Both the position numbers and the translations under genes were made by a program. A DNA stretch of 63,832 bases, the filler included, from Lama guanicoe (taxonomy: Eukaryota): the NCBI GenBank assembly GCA_013239625.1. It is 201 parts of 201 records of this genome, joined end to end, with 100 filler letters (N's around TTAATTAATTAA, not from the genome) between each part and the next. Parts side by side here need not be neighbours in the genome. Positions count along the whole stretch, not along the records: positions 60,427 to 60,645 come from PNXV01039677.1; positions 60,746 to 60,964 come from PNXV01039678.1; positions 61,065 to 61,282 come from PNXV01039679.1; positions 61,383 to 61,601 come from PNXV01039680.1; positions 61,702 to 61,919 come from PNXV01039681.1; positions 62,020 to 62,238 come from PNXV01039682.1; positions 62,339 to 62,557 come from PNXV01039683.1; positions 62,658 to 62,876 come from PNXV01039684.1; 193 more parts are not named here. The stretch is one strand, 5' to 3'. The notes beneath the pieces are model-generated. The model made no database searches. It was not told where the DNA came from and saw nothing but the letters and a program-made list of their open reading frames with translations. How positions within the stretch are numbered: the stretch's first letter is position 1; every line of letters begins with the position of its first letter. Below, piece after piece: positions 60,553-63,832 of the stretch.

Positions 60553-62338
60553 CCTAAAACTAACTAACTGAATAAATAAATCACTCTTCAAAAAAAAGTT
60601 TTTTCAAAAAGGAAAGAAAAAGAAAGCTTGAGCCCTGGCTTTCTCNNNNNNNNNNNNNNNNNNNNNNNNNNNNNNNNNNNNNNNNNNNNTTAATTAATTA
60701 ANNNNNNNNNNNNNNNNNNNNNNNNNNNNNNNNNNNNNNNNNNNNTACACACCCTCTTCTCCTCCTCTTCCAAAATTGCAGTCATGTTCTTTGTGTTTGT
60801 GTTAGTTCCCTGAACAGGGCCCTTCAACACAGGGGGTGGGGAGGGGGCGTGCCCCAGATGTCCTGAGTCCCAGTCGTCGGAAGAAGGCATTTCTGGGGCA
60901 CAGATTTCCTCTGTCGGGACAGCCCAGTGGCCTGTGGGGCTTGAAAGACAGACAGGCTGCCTGANNNNNNNNNNNNNNNNNNNNNNNNNNNNNNNNNNNN
61001 NNNNNNNNTTAATTAATTAANNNNNNNNNNNNNNNNNNNNNNNNNNNNNNNNNNNNNNNNNNNNGGGATAGAGGGGAACACTGACATAGAAAAACTCTAA
61101 GATGATCTTTAAACTAGTTTCAGCCAGAAATCATTTCCTCATACTCCTGTAAATTGGACACTGTCCCCTCCCCACTCCAGTCTGTTATCTGGCCTCATTG
61201 CTGCACTACAATGATTACTTTTAGGGTGACCACGTCCTCCAGGTGACTAAATCCATGTGCGCTCTTCAGTTTTCTTCTCCCTNNNNNNNNNNNNNNNNNN
61301 NNNNNNNNNNNNNNNNNNNNNNNNNNTTAATTAATTAANNNNNNNNNNNNNNNNNNNNNNNNNNNNNNNNNNNNNNNNNNNNCCTCCTCCCCAAAGGCAA
61401 AAAGACGGGCTGTGACTCGCCATCACCTGCCGTAGAATTTATAGGAGCTGTTACCTGGGGCCTTCCGAGGCTCGCACAGAAAGAGTAACCAGCCTCTTAA
61501 TTGAGCGCCGTCTCCCGGGACAGTCTGGAACCGCGGAGCTGTCCCGGTCTCCGCGCAGCTCCGCTTGGTCTTTGTGGTAAAAGTGCTCCGTGCCACCTCG
61601 CNNNNNNNNNNNNNNNNNNNNNNNNNNNNNNNNNNNNNNNNNNNNTTAATTAATTAANNNNNNNNNNNNNNNNNNNNNNNNNNNNNNNNNNNNNNNNNNN
61701 NTGTCCCCTGCACTCTGAGACAGGCTTAGGCTCTCTCACACGTGCAGCTCAGAAGCAATAGTTGTGAAGTTACTTTACTTTGCTGCAAGTGTCTTCGCTC
61801 CCCGTGTCACTGTGAGTGTCGTCTCTTAACGCAGTCAGATGTCTTCCTGGATCTCTCCCTGAGCTCCTTTCTCCTACTTCTCAGATCCTGAGATAAAGAA
61901 CAGGTGAAGGCACATGACTNNNNNNNNNNNNNNNNNNNNNNNNNNNNNNNNNNNNNNNNNNNNTTAATTAATTAANNNNNNNNNNNNNNNNNNNNNNNNN
62001 NNNNNNNNNNNNNNNNNNNATAAACATCTTTTATAAATATTTCTAAATGGTCAAATTTATTTTCACATAAACATCAAAATAAACCATTGCCACACATGAG
62101 TTTTCTGTTCTGATCGTTTTTCATGCCTTAGGTGCTCTTCATCCCCCCTCATCCCCATTCAAGCTTTTCCCCCTCTCCATCTCAGACTTTCAAAATGCCG
62201 CACGCCATGTGCCACCCAGCCCAAGCCACACTCGCAGGNNNNNNNNNNNNNNNNNNNNNNNNNNNNNNNNNNNNNNNNNNNNTTAATTAATTAANNNNNN
62301 NNNNNNNNNNNNNNNNNNNNNNNNNNNNNNNNNNNNNN

Positions 62339-62557
62339 GCACAACCACTGAAGGAATGACACAGCAACTGAGGACAGGACAAACTGGATAGAACCAAGAT
62401 GGCCGAAGACTCCACTTCCAGTAGACCTTGAGTCTCATGGTGCACACACAGGGGCAATGACAGTTCCTAGACTGACCATAAAAGGTCAAAAAGTGGGCAG
62501 GGCCCAATTTCTGGATATTCCCTCCCGTTCCCCAAAGTACTTGGAATAATGCTTCCA
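62339..62557 (+). mobile_element. ERV1-type LTR fragment (MER41-like)
   Basis: aaccaagatggc...caatgacagttcc...ccataaaaggtcaaaaagtgggcagggcccaatttctgg...ggaataat. Confidence 0.6.
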
Positions 62558-63832
62558 NNNNNNNNNNNNNNNNNNNNNNNNNNNNNNNNNNNNNNNNNNN
62601 NTTAATTAATTAANNNNNNNNNNNNNNNNNNNNNNNNNNNNNNNNNNNNNNNNNNNNTGGTTAGTGTCCAGAGGGCTGAAAGGCATGGAAACAGCTCTCC
62701 ATCCCTTGTTTGTTCAGGGATACAGATGATGATGTTATGCCCCACAGGCCCGTGGCCAGTCAGGCTCGAAGGCAAAGGACAATGCAGGGGCCCCTGGGGG
62801 AAGTGAGAGCCGCAGGCTCCCAGGAGGAGTCTGAGGACCCCGTGTCAATGTGGAGGAAGGTCTAGTCAGCCCCCTGNNNNNNNNNNNNNNNNNNNNNNNN
62901 NNNNNNNNNNNNNNNNNNNNTTAATTAATTAANNNNNNNNNNNNNNNNNNNNNNNNNNNNNNNNNNNNNNNNNNNNTATGGTTCTGCGACGTGGGCAGTT
63001 GGGCGGGGTTACCTGGGCCTCTTCTCTGCCCCACGCAGGCATCTGGGGGCCTCCTCTGGGATGGCGTGAATAGGCGAGGGATGAAAGACCTCAGGCGGAT
63101 CACGAATCTCTTTCCGATTCTGCTCTTGAAGGGTCTTTCTGCTTCCCTAGCATGGTGGCCTCAGGTGGCTCCCAGAGCTACTATTCCATGAAGCCNNNNN
63201 NNNNNNNNNNNNNNNNNNNNNNNNNNNNNNNNNNNNNNNTTAATTAATTAANNNNNNNNNNNNNNNNNNNNNNNNNNNNNNNNNNNNNNNNNNNNCAGAC
63301 CTGTGGCGCCATTACTGGTGCTTCTCATGAGAAGAGAGGCGGGGCGCAGCCACAGCCACTGTCTCCTCCTGTGTGAGCACCCAGGCAGGGGCAGGGCTAA
63401 GCCCTGAATCTGCACCAAGGGCTCTGCAACTTTCCAGACAGGACTGAGACTTGTTTACAGCCTGAGACAGATAGGATCTTTCTGCCCTGGTACCTCAGAG
63501 AACTCACACTGCCANNNNNNNNNNNNNNNNNNNNNNNNNNNNNNNNNNNNNNNNNNNNTTAATTAATTAANNNNNNNNNNNNNNNNNNNNNNNNNNNNNN
63601 NNNNNNNNNNNNNNCCTCAAGCTTTCCTTGGCAGTCAGATATAGGAAAACACTCAGGGGACACAAGCTAAGGGATTCCATTAGAACCCACGCGCTGACAA
63701 CCGTTGGTGGTTCCTCCCCACGCTCAGGATTCCGGAATCCTTCTGTGTGTGTGGGGAATCTCGAGAGACACATCCACGTATTCATCTTCAGTCACAGATG
63801 TTCCCTGTTATGGGATATTCTGATAAATACCT

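Overview
This is not a contiguous locus. It is an artificial pseudo-scaffold of about 201 short, mostly unrelated contigs (mostly 218 bp, rising to about 219 bp after ~57.5 kb, so length-sorted). They are joined by an invariant 100-bp spacer, N44-TTAATTAATTAA-N44, which has stops in all six frames. The DNA is mammalian genomic sequence (L1, L2, MIR, MaLR, Tigger, MER5A, MER20). A Vic-1-like tRNA SINE and the L1 3' ends point to a camelid. Most of the supplied ORF track is artefact that runs into N's and ends in the linker ('LIN*'). Real coding fragments, all missed by that track, are recognisable: a SERPINB3/B4-like first coding exon, a WDR35 exon, a CTSH exon, the CASZ1 acidic C-terminal region, REEP1 exon 1, and a betaretrovirus-type env N-terminus with one premature stop. 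Other notable items: a U6 snRNA/L1-3'-end chimeric retrocopy; two circularly permuted copies of a ~247-bp putative satellite monomer; five contig pairs with exactly 49 identical bases at each end (de Bruijn bubbles, K about 49); a 5'-inverted L1 junction; and a pentamer-rich tract resembling an Ig switch region. Neighbouring contigs are not genomic neighbours, so no multi-gene system, operon or CRISPR array can be supported. Gene and repeat names come from recognition from memory, not database searches.
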